This document shows, in pieces, positions 50,304 through 61,669 of a stretch of 64,000 nucleotides of DNA. The stretch comes from Chiloscyllium plagiosum. Lineage: Eukaryota. The notes under the pieces are model-generated. The model was not told the DNA's origin, searched no databases, and saw only the letters and a program-made list of their open reading frames with translations. A program made the position numbers and the translations under genes. Within the stretch, counting starts at the first letter, position 1. Every line of letters starts with the position of its first letter. The DNA lies in the NCBI RefSeq assembly GCF_004010195.1, contig NC_057719.1, forward strand, positions 59,162,164-59,226,163, in the 5' to 3' direction.

Positions 50304-51578
50304 AGAGTCATAGAGTCATAGAGATGTACAGCATGGCAACAGACCCTTCGGTCCAACCCGTCCATGCCGACCAAGTATCCCAACCCAATCTAGTTCCACC
50401 TGCCAGCACCTGGCCCATATCCCTCCAAACCGTTCCTATTCATATACCCATCCAAATGCCTCTTAAATGTTGCAATTGTACCAGCCTCCACTACATCCTC
50501 TGGCAGCTCATTCCATACACGTACCACCTTCTGTGTGAAAACATTGCCCCTTAGGTCTCTTTTATATTTTTCCCCTCTCGCTCTAAACCTATGCCCTCTA
50601 GTTCTGGACTCCCCAACCCCAGGGAAAAGACTTTGTCTATTTATCCTATCCATGCCCATCATAATTTTGTAAACCTCTATAAGGTCACCCCTCAGCCTCG
50701 GACGCTCCAGTGAAAACAGCCCCAGCCTGTTCAGCATCTCCCTGTAGCTCAGTTCCTCCAACCCTGGCAACATCCTTGTAAANNNNNNNNNNNNNNNNNN
50801 NNNNNNNNNNNNNNNNNNNNNNNNNNNNNNNNNNNNNNNNNNNNNNNNNNNNNNNNNNNNNNNNNNNNNNNNNNNNNNNNNNNNNNNNNNNNNNNNNNNN
50901 NNNNNNNNNNNNNNNNNNNNNNNNNNNNNNNNNNNNNNNNNNNNNNNNNNNNNNNNNNNNNNNNNNNNNNNNNNNNNNNNNNNNNNNNNNNNNNNNNNNN
51001 NNNNNNNNNNNNNNNNNNNNNNNNNNNNNNNNNNNNNNNNNNNNNNNNNNNNNNNNNNNNNNNNNNNNNNNNNNNNNNNNNNNNNNNNNNNNNNNNNNNN
51101 NNNNNNNNNNNNNNNNNNNNNNNNNNNNNNNNNNNNNNNNNNNNNNNNNNNNNNNNNNNNNNNNNNNNNNNNNNNNNNNNNNNNNNNNNNNNNNNNNNNN
51201 NNNNNNNNNNNNNNNNNNNNNNNNNNNNNNNNNNNNNNNNNNNNNNNNNNNNNNNNNNNNNNNNNNNNNNNNNNNNNNNNNNNNNNNNNNNNNNNNNNNN
51301 NNNNNNGAGGGGTCCTATTCTCTCCCTAGTTACCCTTTTGTCCTTAATATATTTGTAAAACCCCTTTGGATTCTCCTTAATTCTATTTGCCATGGCTATG
51401 TCATGTCCCCATTTTGCCCTCCTGATTTCCCTCTTAAGTATACTCCTACTTCCTTTATACTCTTCTAAGGATTAACTCAATCTACCCTGTCTGTACCTGA
51501 CATATGCTTCCTTCTTTTTCTTAACCAAACCCTCAATTTCTTTAGTCATCCAGCATTCCCTATACCTACCAGCCTTCC
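50304..51578 (-). mobile_element. CR1 LINE spanning a gap
   Basis: NRIKENPKGFYKYIKDKRVTRERIGPL and LGLFSLERPRLRGDLIEVYKIM. Highly similar to the 21518-22245 copy, with a (tatgactc)n tail. Confidence 0.95.
50783..51306. other. assembly gap
   Basis: Run of N. Confidence 1.
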
Positions 51579-51789
51579 CAATAGTAGAGTAAAAAAAAAT
51601 GTTTATTTTTGATAAGCTGCTCAACTAACTTCTGTTGTATCTTCCCTTGACTCTGGATCCCTTTTTTCAATCTCATCACATTACCCAAATGAGTTAGAAA
51701 GGATTACTGTCAAGGTGAGTCAGACCTAATCTCAATGGTGGAAAAACTACTGGAAAAAATGACTGTCAGGATTTTTAAGGTAAGACTAC

Positions 51790-52125
51790 TTTGGACTACA
51801 ATAAATGAAGAGTTAAAAGGAGGGTTGATGAGGGTAGAGCATTTGATGTGGTCTATATGCATACTAGCAAAGCTTTTGATCAGGCCCAACATGGCAGAAA
51901 GGTCACAAAAGTAAAAGCCTTTGAAATTCAAGAAAAAGTGGCAGGACAGGAAAGGGTAAAGGTTAATGGGTATTTTTGTGGCTGGAAGTCTGTTCCATTG
52001 AGGTGCATCAGGGCTCAGTATTAGGTCCCTTGCTTTTTTTTAGTATATATCAGTTAGTTGGAGTTGAACGCAGCTTATGATTAAGAAGTTTGCAGATGAT
52101 ACTAAAGTTGGCAATGTGGTTGTGT
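51790..52125 (+). mobile_element. old CR1 RT fragment
   Basis: FDVVY...KAFD, cagggctcagtattaggtccc (QGSVLGP) and aagtttgcagatgatactaaa (KFADDTK). Confidence 0.75.
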
Positions 52126-52616
52126 GTGCAGAGATTGTGAATTTGATAATTCTACAGTTTTGCAAGAGATGATCCGAATGATTAAAAAGGTTTATTAAAA
52201 GAGTTCAAATAAAGGAATCTGAGGAGAATCTGAGTCATCAAGACTGTCATGAACCTAACTAAAGAAGTTCCACAGGAATGTCTCCAGAACACCTGAGAAC
52301 CGACTTCATCGAATGAGTAAAGAGAGAGATCCTATGCTTCAGAGGCTGAGTTGGAAAACTTGCAAGTTTGTATGTGATGCCACACTGTGTGGGTAGTGAT
52401 ATAAATGCTAGTAATCTCATTTTACTGTATTTGTTGTAATTGCTGTTCCATGTATAACTTTTAGTTTGTACTTATCACTGTTTACCTATTCATTCATCTT
52501 TAATTTAGCTGAATTCTAATTTGTACTGAAGTAAAACTTATAAAGTAGAACCTTTCTTCATTTCTGGTAAATTTGGTTACTTTATTTTGTGGTTTCTCAA
52601 AGGGCATTGTCACAAA

Positions 52617-52832
52617 GTAAATGTGAAGTTGCCACAGTCACAGACAGACTGAAGGGATGCTCTTCCATTGAAGAGAGTGATGACTGGTGGTGGGTCAAAT
52701 TGAGGGTCATCATGCCTCAGGCACGGGTAGAGGTTAAGATGGGAAGTTCTTCATAGTAACCTCAGCCACTACAAGAGTTAAACCCACACTGCTGGCATCA
52801 CTCTGTCTAGCCAACTGAGCAGCCAACCTTAC
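52617..52832 (-). mobile_element. tRNA-headed SINE (probably Meta-core type)
   Basis: Minus head ggttggctgctcagttggctaga and core gcctgaggcatgatgaccctc...caccaccagtca. Flanked by cattgt(c/a)acaaa at 52605-52616 and 52833-52844. Confidence 0.65.
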
Positions 52833-54162
52833 CATTGTAACAAAATCAGGGGCTTGACTCGGAGACCTGATCTCAATAAAAGGATTAGTGCTGTCAGTGA
52901 TAAATGCAACTGGCTAGAATTGAAAAATAAACACAATTAAGTTATGGAGAAATTAGTGAGAAAGGAAAGACCGAGGAAAGAGAGAATGTAAGCGAGGAAG
53001 AGATGAAAAAACTTGAAATGGAGCATGCAAACTTGAGGTGATGTTGACTTAGAGAGGACTCCTCTTCTTTTTGATTTGGTGAACAACTTTTACTTGGTCC
53101 TGAAATTTATTGAGGATGGAGTAGAGAAGTACTTCCTATCATTTGAGAAAATTGACGTGAATGCGAATTGGCTGAAAGAATACTGAACTATGCTGTTTGG
53201 TAGGTGTTGTTGGTGGGTGACAAAGCTGTCTGCAAAAGAGTTAAAAGCAGAGATTCAGAGTATCGATGGATATTGTTCTTTTATACAATACTAATTTGGA
53301 ATGTGACTTAGTAACTGGTTTGTTAGTGTGGACGTCATTCTCCTTTAGCTGTTGAAGTGTTGATTTCTTGATTAGGAAACAATTTGGTTGCAGATTGCAT
53401 ATCTCTGTTTCCAGTGCTTCCAGGAAATCTGGCTGAAGCTGTTGGAACTGAAGCTGGGATGGCCAAGCAGTTTTGAAGAATCCAAGACTGTCTGTAAACT
53501 TACTGTGAAAATTAATGTTTCAACTAAATGCGTATTCCACATCAGATGTTGAGACTGCTTACTTTAAAATTACTTTGGACCATTTAAACAGAAATGGAAA
53601 AGTTAATAGTGGTTTGAGGCAATATAATTGAAAATGTAGAAACAGTATCAGCAAGATGTGGCAAAGCAGATAGCAGTAGAAGGAAAACGTACTTTAGAAG
53701 ATAAGTGGAACATTGAGACCAGTGCTGACATTATGGAGTTGCAAGGAAGAATGTGTGCTCTGGAACATAAAATCAAAATTCAAAATAAAGAGGCAAGTGC
53801 TCTTGTTAAAAAGGAATTGGACAAAACTCAAACATGTGAGAGGATGAAAAGTAAAACCTCAAGAAACTTCAGGAAATTAAATGAGTGTCAAAAATCAACA
53901 GAATTGGAATAAAATACTTAAAGCAGCATAAAACGGAAATTAAAACTGAACAGAAGAGTTTGAAGTGAAAAGTCTGATGACAATCTAATGTCCAGCATTA
54001 AGCAAGAACAGTGAAAGTTGTTAAATCCAGAGACTAAGAAGTGATATGACAGGGGATTTCACCCTGGATTCAGATTTGCAGGAGCCATTGGTTTGCCAGA
54101 TTATATTTCAGTCATGTGGTTCCTGACAATGTTAACCAGGCCGAAACAAACGGAAAAATCTT

Positions 54163-55477
54163 TGGAGCAGGAGAATCGCCATTCATCAGGAATGTGGGGT
54201 GAGGTGGGGGGGGAAGGGGACTGAGAGATAAATAGGGAGGTGCGGATGAGGGTGAGGTAGCTGGGAAAGTGATAAGTGGATGCAGGTGGGGAGTAATAGT
54301 GATAGGTCGGAGGGGAGGGGGCGTGGATAGGTGGGAAGGAAGATGGACACGTCAAGAGATCGGTGCTGAGCTTGAGGATTGGATCTGGGATGAGACTGGG
54401 GGAGAGGAGAAGGTTTCCTATTTCAAGGACCACAATTTCCTCTCTCACATGGTCAACAATGCCCTCCAGCGCATCTCCTCTAATTCCCGTACCTCTGCCC
54501 TTGAACCCCATCCCTCCAATTGCAACAAGGATAGAACCCTCCTGGTCCTCACCTTCAACTCCACTAGTCTCCGGATACAGTGCATCATCCTCCACCACTT
54601 CCGCCACCTACAATCAGACCCGACCACCAGAGATGTATTTCCCTCCCAACCGGTATCTACATTCTACAGAGACCATTCCTTCCAAGAACCCGTCGTTAGG
54701 TCCACATCTCCCACCAACCCACCCTTGACTCCGGCACCTTCCCTTGCCACCGCAAGAGATGTAAAACTTGTGCCTACACCTCCCCCCTCACCTCCGTCTG
54801 TGGTTCCAAAGGATCGTTTTACATTGGGCAGAGATTTTCCTGCACATCCACCCACCTCACCTACTGTGTCCATTGCTCTCGGTGTAGTGTCCTCTACACT
54901 GGGGAGACAGGACACCAACTTGCGGAACGTTTCAGGAAAGATTTCTGAGCGCACGTACCAAACAACCCCACCGTCCTGTGGCCAACCGCTTCAACTCTTC
55001 CTCCCTCTCCCCCAAGGACATGCAAGTCCTGGGCCTCCTCCACCGCCAAATCCAAGCCAAACTGGAGGAAGAACACATCATCTTCTGGCTTGGGACCCTC
55101 TAACCACACAGCATCAACATTTACTTCACCAGTTTCCCCACCTCCTGACCCCCCATCTCATCCTAGACCCTCTTGAACTGTCCTACCTGTCCATCTTTCT
55201 TCGCACCTGTCCACTCCCTCCTCCCCTCCGACCTATCACCATCACCCCTCACATGCATCTACCTATCACCTTCCACGCTACCTTCCCCCCCAGCCTCAGC
55301 CCCACCCCCACCTCTCTATTTATGTCTCAGCCCCTTTCCCTCCTCACATTCCTGATGAAGGGCTTATTCCCAAAACACTGTTTCTCCTGCTGCTCAGCTG
55401 CCTGACCTGCTGTGTTTTTCCAGAGCCACACTTTTTAAACTCTGACTCTCCAGCATCTGCATTCCTCACTTTCTCCT
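54163..55477 (+). mobile_element. Penelope-like element with inverted 3'-region copy at its 5' end
   Basis: 54413-55477 is a plus-strand C-terminal/GIY-YIG region with pLTR. 54163-54412 is the reverse-orientation 3' region. Flanked by gaaaaa(t/c)ctt at 54153-54162 and 55478-55487. Confidence 0.88.
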
Positions 55478-56854
55478 GAAAAACCTTAGTTCCCATTACA
55501 AATATCAATCCAAGCAGTCCACTACTTACTTAATTTTTAAAAGTCAGTACGGAGATTCAAAACAAGGAAAATATTTATATAAGAACCAAAGACTATTTTG
55601 GTGGAGTTTGATTCTGTAACTGTTTACAAAAAGAGTTGTGGGTGTTGCCAGTTGAAACAATGGGTTGAATCCTATGTTTTTGTCGCCAAGCATGAGTTTT
55701 GTTGAGCTTCATGAAGAGCTTCTCTCTGTGAGACCTCTCATCACATTTTACCAAATTCACCTCATTAAGTACCTACCCTACTCCTGCACTCCTCACTCAC
55801 CTGATTTGAGCCCCATTCTACCACTTACTGTACACAGAACTTCCCAACTCATCACTGCCAGGATATCCTAGGATTGACTGGAATCTCTAACACTAGTACC
55901 ATCTTTAAAAGCTGCTGTGTACCTGGACAAGCACTGTCAGTCTGGAGCTGATCTACACAGTTCCTGGCATTTACCCCAGGCATGGCAAACAAGGGGAAAT
56001 TGGCTTTGGGCAGGGAGGTGCATGTCTTGATAGGTAGGTGGAGAAGATGCAGGCCTTGTCTGAAATTGCCCTCTGAGTTAGTGCAGACTCTGTCATCTGG
56101 AGGAATGCATGATACTGTAGAAAGAAGGTCAATGTCCTTCTCCACTTCACCAGTATGTCCTTTCTTTGATACCTCAGCATCACTCTGTCCCTTTGAATAT
56201 GCCTACCTCCCAAAAAATCTCATGCTCTACCATTCTCACCACAGTCAGTTCAGCTATAACAGATACTTCTTCAGCGCAAATTAGTTTTAATGCCATTGAA
56301 GAATTTAGACCATTATTTGTAGAAGATGAACATTCCTTACCTGTATTGACAATAACATGATTCCGGTCCTATTAGTTTAAATGCTGCTGCTATTATGCAA
56401 TTTTCTTATAAAGCGAGATCACACAGAAACAGAACTATCGCGTTATATCAGAACCGACTGTATTGCCTGGAATATCTTCCCTCACTCGCTGTCACATATC
56501 CCAGCTAACCTTGTGCTCCCTCAGTGCTTCCTACACATCAAAGGGGAGAGCTCTCCAGCTGCAGCGACACAAACGTTGTGCCATCCTCTTTCACCTCCCT
56601 TTATATCTGCCCCTCTCTCACTCCAGGAAGAAACACAGCACACAATAAGGCAGAAAAAGGCAGGACAGGTGGTGGGCTGCTCAATATTCAGCTCCTCTCA
56701 CCTTATACAGGGAACCTGACTCTCCCCACCATGACTGTCTGACTGACTGTCCAAGCCCCTGGGCTGGTTTCGGAGATTTACTTTGATTTGCTGTGTCAGG
56801 ATCCCTTAACTAAAGGTCACCTCCTTGACTGAGGACAGTTGACAACCATGACAG

Positions 56855-57540
56855 GTTCAAAAAGTGTGGCACTGGAAAAGCACATCAGGTCAGGTTGCAT
56901 TGGAGGAGCAGGAGAATTGATGTTTCAGGCTTAAGTTCTTCATCAGGAATGTTGTGGGTTGGGGGTGGGGAGGGGGCTGAAATGTAAATAGATGGATGTG
57001 GGTGGGGCTAGGAAGGCGATAGGTGGTTGTAGGTCGGGGTGATGTTGCTAGGTCGGTGGGGAGGGTGGGGTCGATAGGTGGGAAGGAAGATGGACAGGTA
57101 GGACAGGTCAAGAGGGTAGTGCCAAGTTGGATCTGGGATAAGTAGAAGGAGGGCAGATGAGGAAACTAGTGAAGATGATGTTGATGCCATGTTTTTTAAG
57201 GGTCCCAAGGTGGAAGATGAGACATTCTGCTTCCAGTTGTCAGGTGGCTTGGATTTGGCAGTGGAGGAGGCCCAGGACTTGCATGTCCTTGGGGGAGCAG
57301 GAGGGAGAGTTGAAGTGGTTGGCCTTGATGGAGGTGAGGGGGAGGTGTGGGTGAGGGTTTTACACCTCTTGCAGTGGCAAGAAAAGGTGCCGGGAGTGGA
57401 GAGTGGGTTGGTGGGTGGTATGGACTGAACAAGAGTGTCACGGAGGGAGTGGTCTCTGCGGAACGTGGATAGGTGTGGGGAGGGAATTAGATCTCTGGTG
57501 GTGGGATCTGATTGTAGGCAGCAGAAATGGCAGAGGATAA
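56855..57540 (-). mobile_element. decayed PLE 3' fragment with internal deletion
   Basis: Collinear with the 26820-27960 and 54413-55477 copies but lacks the segment around the YIG motif. Confidence 0.85.
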
Positions 57541-57589
57541 TTACAATCAGACCCCAAAGAGGAATAATCCAGAATTAAGTGGCATTACT

Positions 57590-57840
57590 TTGGGATATGA
57601 CGTATGAGGTATAGAGGGTTTTTAAAGGGAATTATTTCCACTTAGAAGATGATGGAAATCTGGAATTCACTCTCTGACAGAGTGGTAGGGGCAGAAATCT
57701 ATGTAACATTTTAAAAAGTTATTCATAATGGGCCGACAGCTGGCAAGTCGGATTAGACTGGCTGTCTCTCTATTGATAGGTGGAGGCATGATGAGCTGAA
57801 TAGTTTCCTCCATGTTTTCAACTTGTTTGGTTGCTATGAT
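57590..57840 (+). mobile_element. old CR1 3' end
   Basis: atctggaattcactctctgacagagtggtag and an atgatgagctgaatag tail. Confidence 0.55.
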
Positions 57841-60800
57841 TTCACAGCAATATCGAATAAAGGATTAAAATAAAATTGTACATTTCTGTGCATTAAAGTT
57901 TTAAAATGTTCATTCATGGGATTTAGGCATTGCTGGCTGGGCCAACATTTATTGCCCATCAATAATTGCCTAATTTAAGTGATAAATTTGCAGATCATTT
58001 ATTTTTCTCATACTATACACCATTGTATTGTTCATCAGGACATAATTTAACTTAATTCTCAAACATAGAGTATTACTAGGCCATAAGTTAAGGTCAGTCA
58101 ATCAGGAATTTTCAGAGTGGTTAGGTGCCAATATAAAATAAATGCAGGTTCTCAGAGTGGTTGCTAATATGTGTCAGTGGTTTTCCAACCAAATAATACC
58201 AGCCAATTAAAACCCTGACAATCTATCAAGTCAACATCTATAAACCAATCAAACCTATATACTCTGCCTGGTGTTGTTTCACTTTGAAAGATCTTTGAAC
58301 TTTACTCAAGCTATTAATATCAGAGGCACTTAAAAGTCCATTTACCACAACAGAAGATTTATTTTGAAATAATATTTAATCGTTTGAATCAGGAACTCAC
58401 AATCATTCCTTCAACAACCACAAGTACAATGCAGATGCGGAATGTAGTTCAATCCAATGTTGGAGTTCAACACCAGCAGTTTAAAAATAAATCTAACATC
58501 TTTGCATTCATTCTCACCACCAATGCGTGCAAACTGCAACCATGGTAACTCCATAACACTTATTGTCTCATGGTATTCTGGAACATCAGCAGTCAGGAAA
58601 AAGAATCCACGAATGTATAGTTAAAATCAACAATATTCGTATCAAATGCAATGTGAGCATATTTTCATGCCGGGTTAAATTCTAAGAATCATTCAGACAT
58701 TTTGCTCTTTCATGTTTATTGGAAAAAATACAACAATACTGATGTATAGTGGTGCTACTAACCCATACTGGGATGATACCTAAAATCAGGGGATCAATTT
58801 CAGCTATCCCACATGGGTAATAATGAGGCAGAGTGACTCACCCAATCAAAATTTGGATTTCAAAAGAAATAAAATGGGATGAGTCCTATAATAGATTAGT
58901 AATCTGCTCCCAACACAAACATCCTGGCCCTTGAAGTTGAAATTTCCCCTTTGCCCATCTCTTTGCCATGCAAACAACAAAACCAGCAAACTGGATCAAA
59001 ATTCCACTCTGAACATACATTCTGCTCCTCAAGCAAACCATCTGAGGTTTACACTCATGAAGTACATGCTCGCCTTGTATAGAACTAACCTGAAAGATTT
59101 GCATAATATTCCTCACTGTTGAATAAAAATGTATGAAATGTTTCAATGTGCAAAATACTGGATATCATTTATTGTATTATTCTTACCCAGTCTTCAAAAT
59201 ACAGAAATCCACATTGGGATTATGAAGCCAACTGAGGAAGATCAAGGAACTTTGAAAGTAAGCTCAGAGTCAAGGAAATACACACAATTTGGCTGAGCAA
59301 CAATAATGGCGTTGCTGGGTATACAAGTTAACCAGAGTTAGAATCAAATACAAAACTGACAAGCCCAAAGGAACAAAGGAATCAAACACAGGAGATGGAC
59401 AAGTCAAAGAGAAAGAGACCTAGGTAGTTAAAGAAAAGGGGATGTACCAAATTGTTCCTACAACAGACAAATGAAGATCTGCAAGTGGAGAAATGAACTA
59501 AATAATTGAAGCATAAATATAACAGTTCTACCTATAGGATCTAAACAGCAAAGTAATTGAGACTACTTTTAGCCCATTGACATTATCAGCATGATTGTAG
59601 ATAACAAGAATTAATTAGGCTTAGGATCTGTTTTGGAGAAGGATCATTAGACCTGAAATGTTAACTCTGCTTTCTCTCTGTGTGCTGCCAGACCTACTGA
59701 GTTTTTCTAGTACTTTCTGTTTTTGTTTCTGATATACAGCATCTGCAGTTCTTTGTTTTGTTTGGCATCTATTGCGTGGAATTTAGTTCAGGTGGCACAG
59801 GTTTAACTCACCAGTGGTAAATTTGTGTCACCTCTCCAAAGGAGGCTCTATTTAAATGCAATCAGGTACTTAAATGGAGCTGGAAAAGCACCGCAGGTCA
59901 GACAGCATCTGAGGAGCAGGAACATTAACGTTTCACCCTTTGACTCTGGCTTCCAGCATCTGCAGTCCTCACTGTCTCCAGGTACTTTAATGAGATATGT
60001 TGGATCTCCAACAGGACTAAGTCCCCACTAGGGTGGAGGTGGATCTGTGAGAGTTGTCATTCATTCAGAGTCCAGCAATTGTGCCTTACCAAGAGCAGTG
60101 GCTGTTGCTGCTGGTAGTTCAGTGAGAGCTTCACTAGAGATCATTGGTGGTGCAAGTGGAGGAGTCAGGGAGAGCTGTTTGCAGCAAGGAGTGGCAGGAC
60201 ATTGGAGACCCCCATTCCTGATGCTAAAATTATTAATTAGACGCTGAGGGTGGAACTCTTTCCCTTCTGCAGGGAGCAAGAGGGTGACATAAGTAGGTAA
60301 AATGGCCATGGTGAGGAAATCACCCTCTCCTTGGCACCTATCCAGTCAAATGCTGGGCAAGAAAGTCTTTAGGTATCTTGCTTAACTCACCAACAGTTAA
60401 GTGTTGCCCAACCTCAGAGGGCGAGGCAAAAAACTGAAAAAATTGTGGATACTGGAAATCAAAAATAGAAACAGTAATTGCTGAAAAAACTCTGCAGGTC
60501 TGGCAGCATCTGTGGAGAGAGATCAGAGTTAACATTTCGGGTCCAGTGACCCTTTCCTGGTTGGATGACATGCCTGCTATGTTTTGGGGAGGGAGACTGC
60601 AATTGCCTCAATTGCCTGTGACATCTGAAAGCCACCATTTGTCCTTGCCTCTGAACTACTGACCTCCCACTCCATTCAGCAGCAGAAACATAAAAAAGTA
60701 CTTGCCTTCTCACCATTGGATTCCCTTTAAGGTAGATCTCAACCAACATTCCTTCAGACCCAGAGGCGGTGGCTTCTGATTGGTCGACAAGTGATTGTTA

Positions 60801-61669
60801 CACCAGCATCAAGGCATCAACTAAGGTGAGAAATTCACCTCTTTATCTGCTCGAAATGAGGTGGCGAGAGGCCACATTATCTCAGTAATGGAGACATTGT
60901 GTTAGTTATCAACCAACATGCTTACCTCCACACATAGTAAAAACCCAAGGAAAATCTTGGCCTCAGAGCCTTTGAAAGAGGGACATCCACAGGAGGCCAC
61001 TGTCAAATCTGACAATATTTTTGAGAGGCACAGGAGACCACGTGAATTTTGCAGAATTCCTGAGCCACTATTAAATCCCAGTTGCCTCAGAGATAATGGA
61101 CTTTTAAGTTGGAAAATAAGGAGATTAAATTCAGTGAGCATTTCCTGCCGCTACTAAATATGGCCACCTTACCCACACAATTACTCTTAACATGTCAGGT
61201 AATCATCTGGGCTTTATGAAACCCTCTGCACTCCAATAGGATCCATTGAATCCCAGCCCTTGTCAACAACCAAGCTTTCTTGTGACTACCAAATCTGGAC
61301 TGCTCTACAACAATGAGAGATTTTAATCATTTCAATGCCATACAACAAGGTGTATGCCCACTTGACTGAGTACTGCTGAGCAGCATGGCAAGCTCCCTGG
61401 TTGTGTGACAGCACTAATTGGCATAGTGTGGAAAGTTAGCGATGTAGTAATCATGCAGGCTGGTGCTATGTCAACGATTGCTAAAAGAGTAAGTGTGCAG
61501 CCCTGTGAGAAAGACTGGTCCAATCGTGGAATGAGTGCCTGTCTATGCATGGAAAGTGTCCTTCCTACAGCCATTCCAATGTCTGTTACTGGCACCCAGC
61601 AAAGCAAATCTGTGCTCTCAGAATGCACTGCCAGTGCATTGGAGAGGAGCCAGGTACTGATGGTTGTGA

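Larger units (their letters stand above)
52135..55720 (+). mobile_element. decayed Gmr1-like Ty3/Gypsy LTR retrotransposon remnant, interrupted by a SINE and a PLE
   Basis: An LTR-like end gtaaca is followed by a degenerate PBS (caggggcttgactcgga, ~52846-52864). A gag-like segment FDLVNNFYLVLKFIEDGVEKYFLSFEKIDVNANWLKEY*TML lies at 53070-53198. Outer limits are uncertain. Confidence 0.6.

Noticed and set aside
54269..55405. 378-aa ORF as a host gene
   Set aside because: It crosses the inversion junction of a frameshifted PLE and drifts between frames of C-rich, stop-poor sequence.
47827..59279. Isolated plus-strand micro-exon candidates (47827-47873 SHELNCGMNFFGKIE; ~59191-59257 LQNTEIHIGIMKPTEEDQGTLK)
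   Set aside because: The splice signals are plausible and the phases compatible, but there is no recognisable product and such matches are expected by chance in 64 kb.
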